64,000 nucleotides of DNA from Spirochaetia bacterium (GTDB taxonomy: Bacteria; Spirochaetota; Spirochaetia; CADAEX01). The DNA lies in assembly GCA_963662795.1 (NCBI GenBank), contig OY759746.1, forward strand, positions 3,168,001-3,232,000. Direction: 5' to 3'. The notes beneath the pieces were generated by a model that searched no databases, was not told where the DNA came from, and was given only the letters and a program-made list of their open reading frames with translations. Below, in pieces: positions 9,590 to 18,831 of the stretch. Each line of letters opens with the position of its first letter. Positions within the stretch are counted from its first letter, which is position 1. The position numbers and the translations under genes were made by a program.

Positions 9590-11128
9590 GTGAGTGAATA
9601 TATACTGGAAGTTCAGAATCTGACCAAGACTTTCCCGGGAGTTAAAGCCCTGAATAATGTAAATTTCAGAGTAAAAAAGGGAGAAATACATTGCCTTTGC
9701 GGTGAAAACGGAGCAGGTAAATCAACTTTAATGAATGTCGTTAGCGGAGTACATCCTGCAGGCAGCTATGAAGGGAAAGTGTTTTTTCATGGAAAAGAAA
9801 CAAAATATAAAAGTGTCAGGGAAAGTGAAAATGAAAATTTGGCTATAATACACCAGGAACTTTCATTAAGCCCATATCTCTCTATTTTTGAAAATATTTT
9901 TCTGGGCCACATGAAAACCAGGTTCGGTATTATCAACTGGAACCAGCTTATTATGGATTCCCGACCTTATCTTGAAAAGGTTGGTCTTCATGAAAATCCT
10001 GAAACAATTGTAAGCAAAATGGGTGTGGGTAAACAGCAGCTTGTGGAAATTGCGAGGGCACTGTCAAAAAAAGTTGAGCTTTTAATTCTGGATGAACCCA
10101 CGTCTTCGTTAAATGATAAAGAAAGTGAACAGCTGCTTGAGCTGATACTGGGTTTAAAACAGGTCGGTATTACCTGTGTTATGATATCTCATAAACTAAA
10201 TGAAATTCTGAAAATCGCTGATACCATCACAATCCTGAGAGACGGTGAATCAATAACATCCTTTGATACAGGTAAAGAAAATATTACTGAATCAATGATT
10301 ATACAGAAAATGGTCGGCCGTGACATGACCAACCGGTTTCCTGTGAAAAAACATAAGATCAGTGAAGAAATTGTAATGGAGGTTCGGGACTGGTGTGTGT
10401 ATCATCCCGAATATCCTGATTATGCTGTTGTCAGGAATGCCTCTTTTAAACTGAGAAAAGGGGAAATACTTGTTTTCTGCGGTCTTATGGGAGCCGGCAG
10501 AACAGAATTAATGATGAGTATTTTCGGCCGTGCCTACGGGTCCCATTGTTCGGGGAAATTATATCTTAACGGTAAAGAAATGGTTTTTCACTCGCCGAAG
10601 GACGCAATAGCACATGGACTGGGATATGTATCGGAAGACAGAAAGGCCCTGGGATTAATCCTTTTACAGGATGTTAAGAATAATATCAGCAATTCCAGTC
10701 TGAAAAAGATATCTCAATTCGGAATTGTCAATAAAGATAAGGAAAGAGTTGAAGCTGAAAAATACAGGAAAGAACTTGATATTAAAACTCCCTCAATAGA
10801 CCAGCAGGTGAAAAACCTCAGCGGGGGAAATCAGCAGAAGGTTGTTTTGAGCCGCTGTCTGATGGCTGGCCCTTCCATCTTTATTGTAGATGAACCGACT
10901 AGGGGTATTGACGTCGGTGCTAAATATGAAATTTACTGCATACTCAATGATTTAGTCAGTCGTGGTAACAGTGTCATTATGATATCGTCTGAAATGCCTG
11001 AAGCCATTGGTATGGCTGACAGGATATATGTAATGAATGAAGGGGTAATAAAAGGCGAGTTATCCAGAGGCGAAGCATCCGAAGGGAAAATAATGACTAT
11101 GGCCTTACAGAGAATTCAGGAGAAATAA
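9590..11128 (+). CDS. gguA: Monosaccharide ABC transporter ATP-binding protein (GguA/MmsA type, two NBDs)
   Basis: GENGAGKST, LILDEPT, LSGGNQQK, DEPTRGIDVGAK. Confidence 0.88.
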   Translation: MSEYILEVQNLTKTFPGVKALNNVNFRVKKGEIHCLCGENGAGKSTLMNVVSGVHPAGSYEGKVFFHGKETKYKSVRESENENLAIIHQELSLSPYLSIFENIFLGHMKTRFGIINWNQLIMDSRPYLEKVGLHENPETIVSKMGVGKQQLVEIARALSKKVELLILDEPTSSLNDKESEQLLELILGLKQVGITCVMISHKLNEILKIADTITILRDGESITSFDTGKENITESMIIQKMVGRDMTNRFPVKKHKISEEIVMEVRDWCVYHPEYPDYAVVRNASFKLRKGEILVFCGLMGAGRTELMMSIFGRAYGSHCSGKLYLNGKEMVFHSPKDAIAHGLGYVSEDRKALGLILLQDVKNNISNSSLKKISQFGIVNKDKERVEAEKYRKELDIKTPSIDQQVKNLSGGNQQKVVLSRCLMAGPSIFIVDEPTRGIDVGAKYEIYCILNDLVSRGNSVIMISSEMPEAIGMADRIYVMNEGVIKGELSRGEASEGKIMTMALQRIQEK

Positions 11129-12325
11129 ATGAATAATAATAACGCATTAGGAGCAACACAGAGTTTTCTTCTGGTGGCAAAAGAAAATATGCGAAAATAT
11201 ACTATGTTTATTATGCTTGTGGTTATTGTTCTCGGGTTTGCCGTACTTACCGGAGGGGTTAACATAAATCCGAGGAACTTTACCAATATCTTTATTCAGA
11301 ATAGTTATATACTTGTGCTTGCTGTAGGAATGGTTCTGGTTATTGTAGTCGGAAATATTGATCTTTCCGTAGGGTCTGTCGCTGCCTTTACAGGGGCTAT
11401 TGCCGCAATTATTTACAACGCCGGTTTTGGTATAGTGATTACAGTAATATTGACTATTATGGCGGGGCTTGTCATAGGTGCTTTTCAGGGTTACTGGATA
11501 GCATATGCAAAGATTCCGGCGTTTATTGTAACTCTTGCCGGTATGCTTCTGTTCAGGGGCCTTACCTACATTATAACCAATGTTACACCGATTACTCCTA
11601 AAACAGATGTATTTAAAAAGATTGCTTCAGGTACTGTTTCCTTTAATTTTCTTAAAATCAATGATCTTCATCTGCTACCCGTTATTCTTGGAATAATAAT
11701 TGTTTTTTCGTTTGTTCTGTTTTCTGTTTCAGACAGGCAGAAGAAAATTAAAAACAATTTCCACCTTCTTCCCGTAGCTTATTTCATACTTGAGCTTGTT
11801 TTTATTTCCGCTATTATCATGATTCTATGCTTTCAGTTTGCCCGTTACAGAGGGCTTCCGATAGTATTTGTTATACTGGGAATAACAATCGTAATATTTA
11901 CATTTATAACCAGAAATACAATTTTCGGCAGATATATCTATGCGGTAGGTGGTAATTCGCGTTCTGCAAAACTGTCGGGAATAAATTCAGAACGTATTGT
12001 ATTCTTTGTACACACAATAATGGGGGGATTATGCGGATTATCTGGTGTAGTCTTTACTGCGTATATGAATTCCGCTCTCCCGAAAGCAGGGGAACTATTT
12101 GAACTCGAAGCCATTGCGGCCTGTTTCATCGGCGGTGCTTCAGCTTCCGGAGGTATAGGAACAATTATGGGTGCGATTATGGGCGGGCTTATAATGGGGG
12201 TAATAAACAACGGAATGTCACTGATGAATGTCGGAGCAAACTGGCAGTATGTTGTAAAAGCCCTGGTTCTGCTGATGGCGGTCTGGTATGATATTTATAC
12301 AAGAAAGAAAGCCGGAATGGTATGA
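11129..12325 (+). CDS. gguB: Monosaccharide ABC transporter permease (GguB/MmsB type)
   Basis: IDLSVGS, IPAFIVTLAGML, GRYIYAVGGN, FELEAIAACFIGG; multiple TM helices. Confidence 0.88.
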   Translation: MNNNNALGATQSFLLVAKENMRKYTMFIMLVVIVLGFAVLTGGVNINPRNFTNIFIQNSYILVLAVGMVLVIVVGNIDLSVGSVAAFTGAIAAIIYNAGFGIVITVILTIMAGLVIGAFQGYWIAYAKIPAFIVTLAGMLLFRGLTYIITNVTPITPKTDVFKKIASGTVSFNFLKINDLHLLPVILGIIIVFSFVLFSVSDRQKKIKNNFHLLPVAYFILELVFISAIIMILCFQFARYRGLPIVFVILGITIVIFTFITRNTIFGRYIYAVGGNSRSAKLSGINSERIVFFVHTIMGGLCGLSGVVFTAYMNSALPKAGELFELEAIAACFIGGASASGGIGTIMGAIMGGLIMGVINNGMSLMNVGANWQYVVKALVLLMAVWYDIYTRKKAGMV

Positions 12326-12429
12326 AAAATCTTCCCGTTTGAGACAATTTATATAATAAAATTGCCATTCATCATGACGCGTGTTAAACTTTGCTATTAT
12401 ATAAAATATTAATAAGGAGATTTCTGGTT

Positions 12430-13443
12430 ATGAACAGATCAATGAAGATTTTCATTATTTTGATTGTGATGTTGCTGGCTGCGGGGATGCTGTTTGCCCA
12501 GCAGGGGAAGAAGGAAGTTTCTGTTTATACAAGCGTTGAGGAAGGGACTTCAAAGAAATTACTAGATGCGTTCAGCGCTGATACCGGCATCAAGGTAAAC
12601 TTTGTGCACCTGTCCTCAGGCCCTGCTCTCGCGAGAATCAAGGCCGAGATGAACAACCCCCAGGCTGATGTCTGGATGGGCGCGCCAAGTGAAAACCATA
12701 TAATTGCAAAAAATGACGGCTTAAGCCAGCCTTACAAGGGGGGAGACTTCGCAAAGCTTCAGGACAGCTTCAAGGATTCTGAAGGGTACTGGAGAAGTTT
12801 TTACATGAACCCTATGGCTTTTGCGGTTAACATGGAGGTTTTAAAAAGACTTGGAGCGCCAAAACCCATGTCATGGGCAGATCTTTTAAATCCCCTCTAC
12901 AAGGGACAGATACAAATGCCGACTCCGCAGGCCTCAGGGACTGCCTACAATATCGTGGCAAGTCTTGTTTCAATAAACGGCGAGGATAAGGCTTATGACT
13001 ATATGAAAAAACTCAATCCAAGCGTTCAGACATACACATCATCCGGTACAGGCCCATCCAAAGGGGTTTCTGTAGGTCAGTGTGCCATCGGCATCCAGTT
13101 TACCCCTGCCTTTTTTGAATTTATTGAAAACGGATATCCTCTTGAAGTAATTTACCCGAAAGAGGGTGTCTGGTTTGAAGCTCCGGCAGTATCAATCCTG
13201 AAAGGTGCCAGGAATGCTGATTCGGCAAAAGCGCTTGTAGACTGGCTTGTTTCAAAGAAGGGGCAGGATTTTCTTACCGACGCGAAAACATTCTTCTATC
13301 CTGTAATTCCGGAAGCAAAACTGGGTAAAGGAATGCCTGCGTTTGAATCGCTTAAAACTGTGAATGTTGATGTTAAATGGGCCGGCGACAACAAAAAACG
13401 TCTTGTTGAGCGCTGGGTGAACGAGGTTCTTCCCGCAAAATAA
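12430..13443 (+). CDS. ABC substrate-binding protein, AfuA/FbpA (iron or sugar-phosphate) class
   Basis: Signal peptide, LARIKAEMNNPQADVWMG, SWADLL, PQASGT, YPKEG; SD AAGGAG before ATG 12430. Confidence 0.85.
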   Translation: MNRSMKIFIILIVMLLAAGMLFAQQGKKEVSVYTSVEEGTSKKLLDAFSADTGIKVNFVHLSSGPALARIKAEMNNPQADVWMGAPSENHIIAKNDGLSQPYKGGDFAKLQDSFKDSEGYWRSFYMNPMAFAVNMEVLKRLGAPKPMSWADLLNPLYKGQIQMPTPQASGTAYNIVASLVSINGEDKAYDYMKKLNPSVQTYTSSGTGPSKGVSVGQCAIGIQFTPAFFEFIENGYPLEVIYPKEGVWFEAPAVSILKGARNADSAKALVDWLVSKKGQDFLTDAKTFFYPVIPEAKLGKGMPAFESLKTVNVDVKWAGDNKKRLVERWVNEVLPAK

Positions 13444-13457
13444 AATAGTGTTATGAT

Positions 13458-13500
13458 TCTGCCGGCAGGCAAAAAAAATACTGCTGTCCGGCAGATTTTT
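13458..13500 (+). terminator. Stem-loop with U-tract after the SBP gene
   Basis: TCTGCCGG...CCGGCAGA followed by TTTTT. Confidence 0.55.
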
Positions 13501-13504
13501 ATCT

Positions 13505-15244
13505 ATGTTTTACGGAGAGCAACAGAGCATGATTATACCTGCTGCATTAAAAAATCTTAACCGTTTCCGCTCATGGCGGGAGCTTAAAACAGCCTCTCGC
13601 GATCCTCTTCTTCTTTTTACAATTATCCTTATTTTATCGTCACTGGTAATATTTATCCTCTATCCGCTTTTGAGCGTTGTCATAACAAGCTTTAAAACAG
13701 GCCCCGGGGCTCCTTTTACCCTGTCAATATTTAAAGAGGTTATTGCATCAGCATACCTGAGGCTCGCATTCATGAACAGCATCATGATGGGTTTACTTAC
13801 CGCGGTACTGGGTTCTTTTGTGGGGTTTATTTTTGCCTATGCGCTTTCAAGGACTGATATCCCGTTCAAAAAATTCTTTCACATCATCGCGATTATTCCT
13901 GTTGTCTCGCCTCCCTTTATTGGAGCACTTTCCATTATCATGCTTTTCGGAAATAACGGGCTTATTACATATTCTCTCTTTAAAATTATGAACTACCCCA
14001 TCTACGGGATAAGGGGTCTGCTGCTTGCGCAGGTTATCACCTTTTTCCCGATAGCCTACATCACGCTCCGGGGGGTAATAGATTCCATCAGCCCGACACT
14101 TGAGGATGCCGCCCTTGACCTTGGCGGTTCGAGGTGGAAGGTGTTTAAAAAGGTGACGCTTCCCCTTACAATACCCGGAATCGCCAGCGCCATGCTTGTC
14201 CTTTTTATTGAGACACTTGCCGATTTCGGTAATCCCCTGATCCTTGCCGGCAGCCAGTTCCCTGTGCTGTCAGTTCAGGCTTATCTGCAGATTACAGGAA
14301 TGTATGACCTTCCAAAAGGTTCAGCCCTTGCAATCCTTCTCCTTGTTCCATCCATCACGGCATATTTTCTGCAGAAATACTGGGTCTCAAGAAAACAGTA
14401 TGTGACAATTACAGGAAAACCGACAACATCGGCACTCAAATCAGTCAGCCCGGCTGCGAAATGGCTCCTTTTTTCCGTATGCCTTTTTATAGCCGGTGTT
14501 ATTCTCTTAATTTATATAACAATTCTCTGGGGTTCGTTCGCAAAGGTGTGGGGATATGACAATAATCTTACCCTTGCACATTTTAAATATGTATATGAAG
14601 TGGGATTCAAGGCAGTTATTGACACTTTGACGATCGCGGGAATTTCTACTCCTGTTGCCGGTATTCTCGGCATGATTATTGCCTTCCTTGTTATCAGAAA
14701 AAAATTCCCCGGAAGATATTTTATGGAGTTCACTTCAATGCTCAGTTTCGCAGTCCCCGGAACTGTTATCGGTATTGGTTATATCCTCGCTTTCAACAAA
14801 CCGCCGATACTCCTTACCGGGACGCTATTAATACTTCTATTGAACTTTATTTTCAGGTACATCCCTGTCGGGATACAGTCGGGTATCGCAATACTGCGCC
14901 AAGTAGATCCTTCCATAGAAGAGGCTGCAATAGACCTGGGCGCGGATTCGGGGAAAACCTTTTTTAAAATAACGCTTCCCCTTATGGTACCGGCGTTTTT
15001 CTCGGGCCTTATTTTTTCATTTGTAAGGGCGATGACAGCTATTAGCGCGGTTATTTTCCTGGTTTCATCCAGATGGAACCTTATGACTGTACAGATCATG
15101 TCGCAGACCGAATCCGGCAGACTGGGCGCAGCGGCTGCATACAGCGTAATCCTTGTTGTCCTGATACTGCTTGCAATACTGTTAATAAGATCAATCCTTG
15201 TTTTCCGCTACGGCAGATTCGGCGGGACAATGCTAAAGATATGA
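13505..15244 (+). CDS. ABC transporter permease, FbpB/AfuB type (duplicated domain)
   Basis: Two EAA motifs (LEDAALDLGG, IEEAAIDLGA), PPFIGA, DFGNP; many TM helices. Confidence 0.9.
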   Translation: MFYGEQQSMIIPAALKNLNRFRSWRELKTASRDPLLLFTIILILSSLVIFILYPLLSVVITSFKTGPGAPFTLSIFKEVIASAYLRLAFMNSIMMGLLTAVLGSFVGFIFAYALSRTDIPFKKFFHIIAIIPVVSPPFIGALSIIMLFGNNGLITYSLFKIMNYPIYGIRGLLLAQVITFFPIAYITLRGVIDSISPTLEDAALDLGGSRWKVFKKVTLPLTIPGIASAMLVLFIETLADFGNPLILAGSQFPVLSVQAYLQITGMYDLPKGSALAILLLVPSITAYFLQKYWVSRKQYVTITGKPTTSALKSVSPAAKWLLFSVCLFIAGVILLIYITILWGSFAKVWGYDNNLTLAHFKYVYEVGFKAVIDTLTIAGISTPVAGILGMIIAFLVIRKKFPGRYFMEFTSMLSFAVPGTVIGIGYILAFNKPPILLTGTLLILLLNFIFRYIPVGIQSGIAILRQVDPSIEEAAIDLGADSGKTFFKITLPLMVPAFFSGLIFSFVRAMTAISAVIFLVSSRWNLMTVQIMSQTESGRLGAAAAYSVILVVLILLAILLIRSILVFRYGRFGGTMLKI

Positions 15245-15270
15245 ATTAAAAATTACAGGGGAGCATCGTT

Positions 15271-16359
15271 ATGGGAGTCAAGCTTGTAAATATAACAAAG
15301 ATATTCACCGATCCCGCGCATCCTGAAAAAAGGGTACACGCAGTGAATAATGCCAATATTGAAGTCGCAGACGGGGAGTTCGTGACATTCCTCGGACCTT
15401 CAGGGTGCGGAAAAACTACCACACTCAGAATTATTTCAGGTTTTGAAAACCCGACGGAAGGGGAGGTCTGGATATCGGGTAAAATGGTCAATGATCAGCC
15501 TCCCAACAGACGCGACACCTCAATGGTATTTCAAAGTTATGCGATATTTCCCCATCTATCTGTCGGCCAGAACATCGGTTTCGGTCTTGAGCTTAAGGAG
15601 AGACCGAAAAAGGAAATAAAGCAGGAAGTTGAAAAAATAATGAAGGTAATGGACCTTAAGGACCTCATAAACAGACGGCCTGATCAGCTCTCAGGCGGAC
15701 AGCAGCAGAGGGTTGCCCTTGCAAGGGCAATAATCAACAGGCCCGGAGTACTTCTGTTTGACGAGCCTCTATCAAATCTTGACGCAAAACTTCGGGATCA
15801 GATGCGTCTTGAAATAAGGAGGATACAGCAGACTTTCGGCATAACAAGCATTTATGTAACCCATGACCAGTCAGAGGCTATGACGGTTTCAGACAGGATT
15901 GTTGTAATGAATGAAGGGAACATCATGCAGACAGGGGCTCCCTTTGAAATCTATTCACGACCTGCAAACAATTTTGTCGCGGATTTTATCGGCAGGGTCA
16001 ATTTCTTTGAAGGGACCGCGGTATTGACTGACAAAGAGGGAATTGAAGTCCGCTTTGCGGGAGGGGCCGTTAAAAAAATCGCAAGCTCATCAGGCGAAAT
16101 AAGGGATGGTGGACCTGTTCTTGTAACTGTAAGGCCTGAATCGCTTCGTCTTTATCACAGCAGTGAGAGAAAAGGATTTATCGACGGGGAAATATCAAAA
16201 TCAGTTTATCTGGGTCCTGTTGTGGAATATGAAATTGATACAGGCAGCGGCAAGCCTGTTCTGGCTGTCACCCACAATCCTGTTGAGGAAGGTTTTTTCA
16301 GGCTTGGCGAGAAGGTTACGGCAGACTTCAATCCTGTATCCGCGCATGTGCTTGTCTGA
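15271..16359 (+). CDS. ABC transporter ATP-binding protein, FbpC/PotA type
   Basis: GPSGCGKTT, LSGGQQQRVALARA, LFDEPLSNLD, VTHDQ, C-terminal TOBE-like region. Confidence 0.93.
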   Translation: MGVKLVNITKIFTDPAHPEKRVHAVNNANIEVADGEFVTFLGPSGCGKTTTLRIISGFENPTEGEVWISGKMVNDQPPNRRDTSMVFQSYAIFPHLSVGQNIGFGLELKERPKKEIKQEVEKIMKVMDLKDLINRRPDQLSGGQQQRVALARAIINRPGVLLFDEPLSNLDAKLRDQMRLEIRRIQQTFGITSIYVTHDQSEAMTVSDRIVVMNEGNIMQTGAPFEIYSRPANNFVADFIGRVNFFEGTAVLTDKEGIEVRFAGGAVKKIASSSGEIRDGGPVLVTVRPESLRLYHSSERKGFIDGEISKSVYLGPVVEYEIDTGSGKPVLAVTHNPVEEGFFRLGEKVTADFNPVSAHVLV

Positions 16360-16386
16360 AATAAAGGTATCCGGATATGGCGCGGA

Positions 16387-17025
16387 TCAGTAAGCCTTGT
16401 TTATAGCGCTTTCGATAAGCCGGTTTCTTTTGCATTCAATCTGAAACCTTACCATCGAATCAAAAACATCCATTAACCCTTTAGCATCAATTTCCCGGCT
16501 GCAGATATCCGCCTCCTGGAGTTCCCTGATTAAATAGTAGGCGGATTCAATTGTCGAAAGGCAATATGGGGCAGGCTGAGTTTTGAATTTATATGCGGAC
16601 CTGTAGTCATCTGTAAAAGAAAGACGGGGCAGTTTTTGAAGGCTCCGGCTCATATACATCATTTTCCTGGCCTGTCTCCATGTCGCGTCAAGAAGGAAAA
16701 TGAGAAGCTGTCTGTCCTTAATATTGGATTTAAAATCTTCCGACCCGGCTGAAACAACATCCTTTCCCGGGTAGAGCATCATCGGATAATACAACGGGTC
16801 TGACAACAATTCCTGTGTCCGTGGATTATCATCAAATGATTTGTCAATGATAATTTCTGAATTTTCAAGTGACAGGGACGCTAGTCTGCCTGTCCCTGTC
16901 TTCTGCTGATAGGCTTCAACAGGATGCATGAGAAAAATAAATTTAATCCCTGTATCGACCGGCGATATCTGACTGCAGTAACAGGACTTGAGCGACCGGA
17001 AACATTTAAGACAGCGTAAAGACAT
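16387..17025 (-). CDS. tapT: DTW-domain tRNA-uridine aminocarboxypropyltransferase
   Basis: N-terminal CxxC...CxC, HPxE...TG, LYP, LLDATW (DxTW), LSTIES. Confidence 0.88.
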   Translation of the reverse strand: MSLRCLKCFRSLKSCYCSQISPVDTGIKFIFLMHPVEAYQQKTGTGRLASLSLENSEIIIDKSFDDNPRTQELLSDPLYYPMMLYPGKDVVSAGSEDFKSNIKDRQLLIFLLDATWRQARKMMYMSRSLQKLPRLSFTDDYRSAYKFKTQPAPYCLSTIESAYYLIRELQEADICSREIDAKGLMDVFDSMVRFQIECKRNRLIESAINKAY

Positions 17026-17093
17026 ATAATTCAGGGTATTCTGCCATTGGATTATTTACAAGCTTCTGTTTCTTTAAACTGATAAAAATATTT

Positions 17094-17370
17094 TCATGAG
17101 TAAAATTCTATTGCGTCCATCCGGGCCTTCAGTAATATCGGCAAGGCGGGATTCCGCGAATCCGGACTGCCTGAGTCCCGTAATATCTCCCGGACCCCGC
17201 AGACGGAGATCCTCTTCCGCAATTTTAAAGCCGTCATTTGTATCTTTTATTATTCTTAATCTTGCCTTCGCCTCTTCTGTCATCTCTCTGGTAAAAACAA
17301 GAAAAGTGTATGAGGGATAGCTGCTTATGCCTATTCTTCCCCGCAGCTGATGCAGTGCTGTAAGGCCGAA
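17094..17370 (-). pseudogene. recG: Displaced, frameshifted copy of the recG 3' end
   Basis: Aligns to 23113-23409; about 21 mismatches over the 244-bp ungapped block 17127-17370 by manual count, plus a 20-bp deletion near the stop; right-most 43 bp identical. Confidence 0.93.
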
Positions 17371-17748
17371 CCTCTATTCAGGCTTCTGGTGGCAAATGAA
17401 ATGATTATCCCCTATATCTGTGAGTACATGTCTGTTCGGAATTGCGGAATGATAATTTCATAAACAGGCTTTCTTGTTGTTGTTGGATACAGAATTTCAA
17501 CAAGAATAGAGTTTTTTATTTTTATGGCAGTAAAGGCTATTACAAGTATAATTGGCCTTTTTATCGGGCAGAATTTTATTGCCGAAAAACCTGGGCAGGT
17601 GAGGGAAGGTATTAAAAAAGGACAATATAGTTACTGTTATGCCTGGGGCTTGCTTTTTTTCAGTGTTGTTCATTTTTCTGAAACTGTTAAGTTAAACACA
17701 TTAATTGATGTATCGGCTTAAATTGCAAGTGCTTCCCTGTTTGATTCA

Positions 17749-18831
17749 TCAATTACAATTAATGGTCTTTTTACTAAACTCTATAAGATCTGAAAGTATT
17801 TTTATTTTATCGTAAATTGTGTAATACACGCTGACCGAAGAATTAACGAGAGATATTTTCTGAATGCAGTTATCATTTATTATTTCTGGTGATTGCGTTT
17901 TTATTCCCATAAAATTGAACCATTCACATAAATAGGTAATCATTGAGGTATCTTCTCCGGCTGCATCGCTTACAATAGCAATGGCATCGATACCTCCAAG
18001 AATTGCCATATAATAGCCGATGAATTTTATGATCTGATAAAAGTAAACTTCACGAATGGCAACTGCCTGTTCCGAAGTGTCTTTAAGGAATTCTCTGAAA
18101 TTTATGTTTCGGCCAAGGTATCCGCATATTCCGCTTTTGTTTTCAATAAGATCAACAATATCATGAATCTCCATTCCATATGCATGGAGTTCCATAAGCA
18201 TTGTCGGATCAATGTCCCCACAGCCGGTCATGGAAGGAAGCCCTTCGGCAGAGCTGAATCCAATGCTTGTTTCTATGGGTTGGCCTTCCTGTATGGCTGT
18301 GATATTTGTTTTATCCCCCAGATAAATACTGATAATTTTGGAAATTGAAGAATCATATTTTTGCTTTAGAATATCTGCAATCCATTTATGAGTTAACCCG
18401 AAACCGCCTCTTTTTGTAAAGGATGATTTTCTGAATTTTGACGGTATCGCGCAGATCAGGCTATCGTCAGGCAAAGCTGAAAAAAAAGCCTTATCGCTTA
18501 TTAATCGATGATGTGACTTTGGAAATAAAGCTGTAAAAAAATTGATTACACTGACAGTATAGAGGTCATTATTTGATAAACTGGCTCCGGCAGTATAAAG
18601 ATTATTGATTTGTATATTGCTGAGGTCTTCAATTGAATTCATCCCTTTAATAAGATCACTTTCCTGCAAATACCAGCATTCCTCAATATTTTCTTTCACG
18701 TTATAAGAAATGAATGTTTTAGACACTGTAAGCCAGTTTTCATATAACAGATCCGATTCCATAATAGATTGACAGTTTTTTATCAGAGTTAGTTTAATAC
18801 GGCTGGATTGGATATCAAGCAGTATATTCAC
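17749..18831 (-). CDS. Acetate-kinase-fold pseudoenzyme (Ack3)
   Basis: Recognisable ASKHA/AckA remnants (DKAFF, GGFGLTH, ETSIGFSSAEGL, GCGDIDP, NKSG) but no HR, GFHG His, TR Arg or TDEE; GTG start overlaps upstream stop. Confidence 0.75.
   Translation of the reverse strand: MNILLDIQSSRIKLTLIKNCQSIMESDLLYENWLTVSKTFISYNVKENIEECWYLQESDLIKGMNSIEDLSNIQINNLYTAGASLSNNDLYTVSVINFFTALFPKSHHRLISDKAFFSALPDDSLICAIPSKFRKSSFTKRGGFGLTHKWIADILKQKYDSSISKIISIYLGDKTNITAIQEGQPIETSIGFSSAEGLPSMTGCGDIDPTMLMELHAYGMEIHDIVDLIENKSGICGYLGRNINFREFLKDTSEQAVAIREVYFYQIIKFIGYYMAILGGIDAIAIVSDAAGEDTSMITYLCEWFNFMGIKTQSPEIINDNCIQKISLVNSSVSVYYTIYDKIKILSDLIEFSKKTINCN

Noticed and set aside
17074-17283. 69-aa ORF resembling the RecG C-terminus as a real small protein
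   Set aside because: Part of the displaced recG tail; internal Met start, frameshifted by a 20-bp deletion, substitutions at conserved residues
17371-17745. Possible gene or remnant (65-aa ORF 17524-17721; minus-strand frame containing RKPVYEI, as at the PdxK N-terminus)
   Set aside because: No recognisable family; the 7-residue match does not extend and is treated as coincidence
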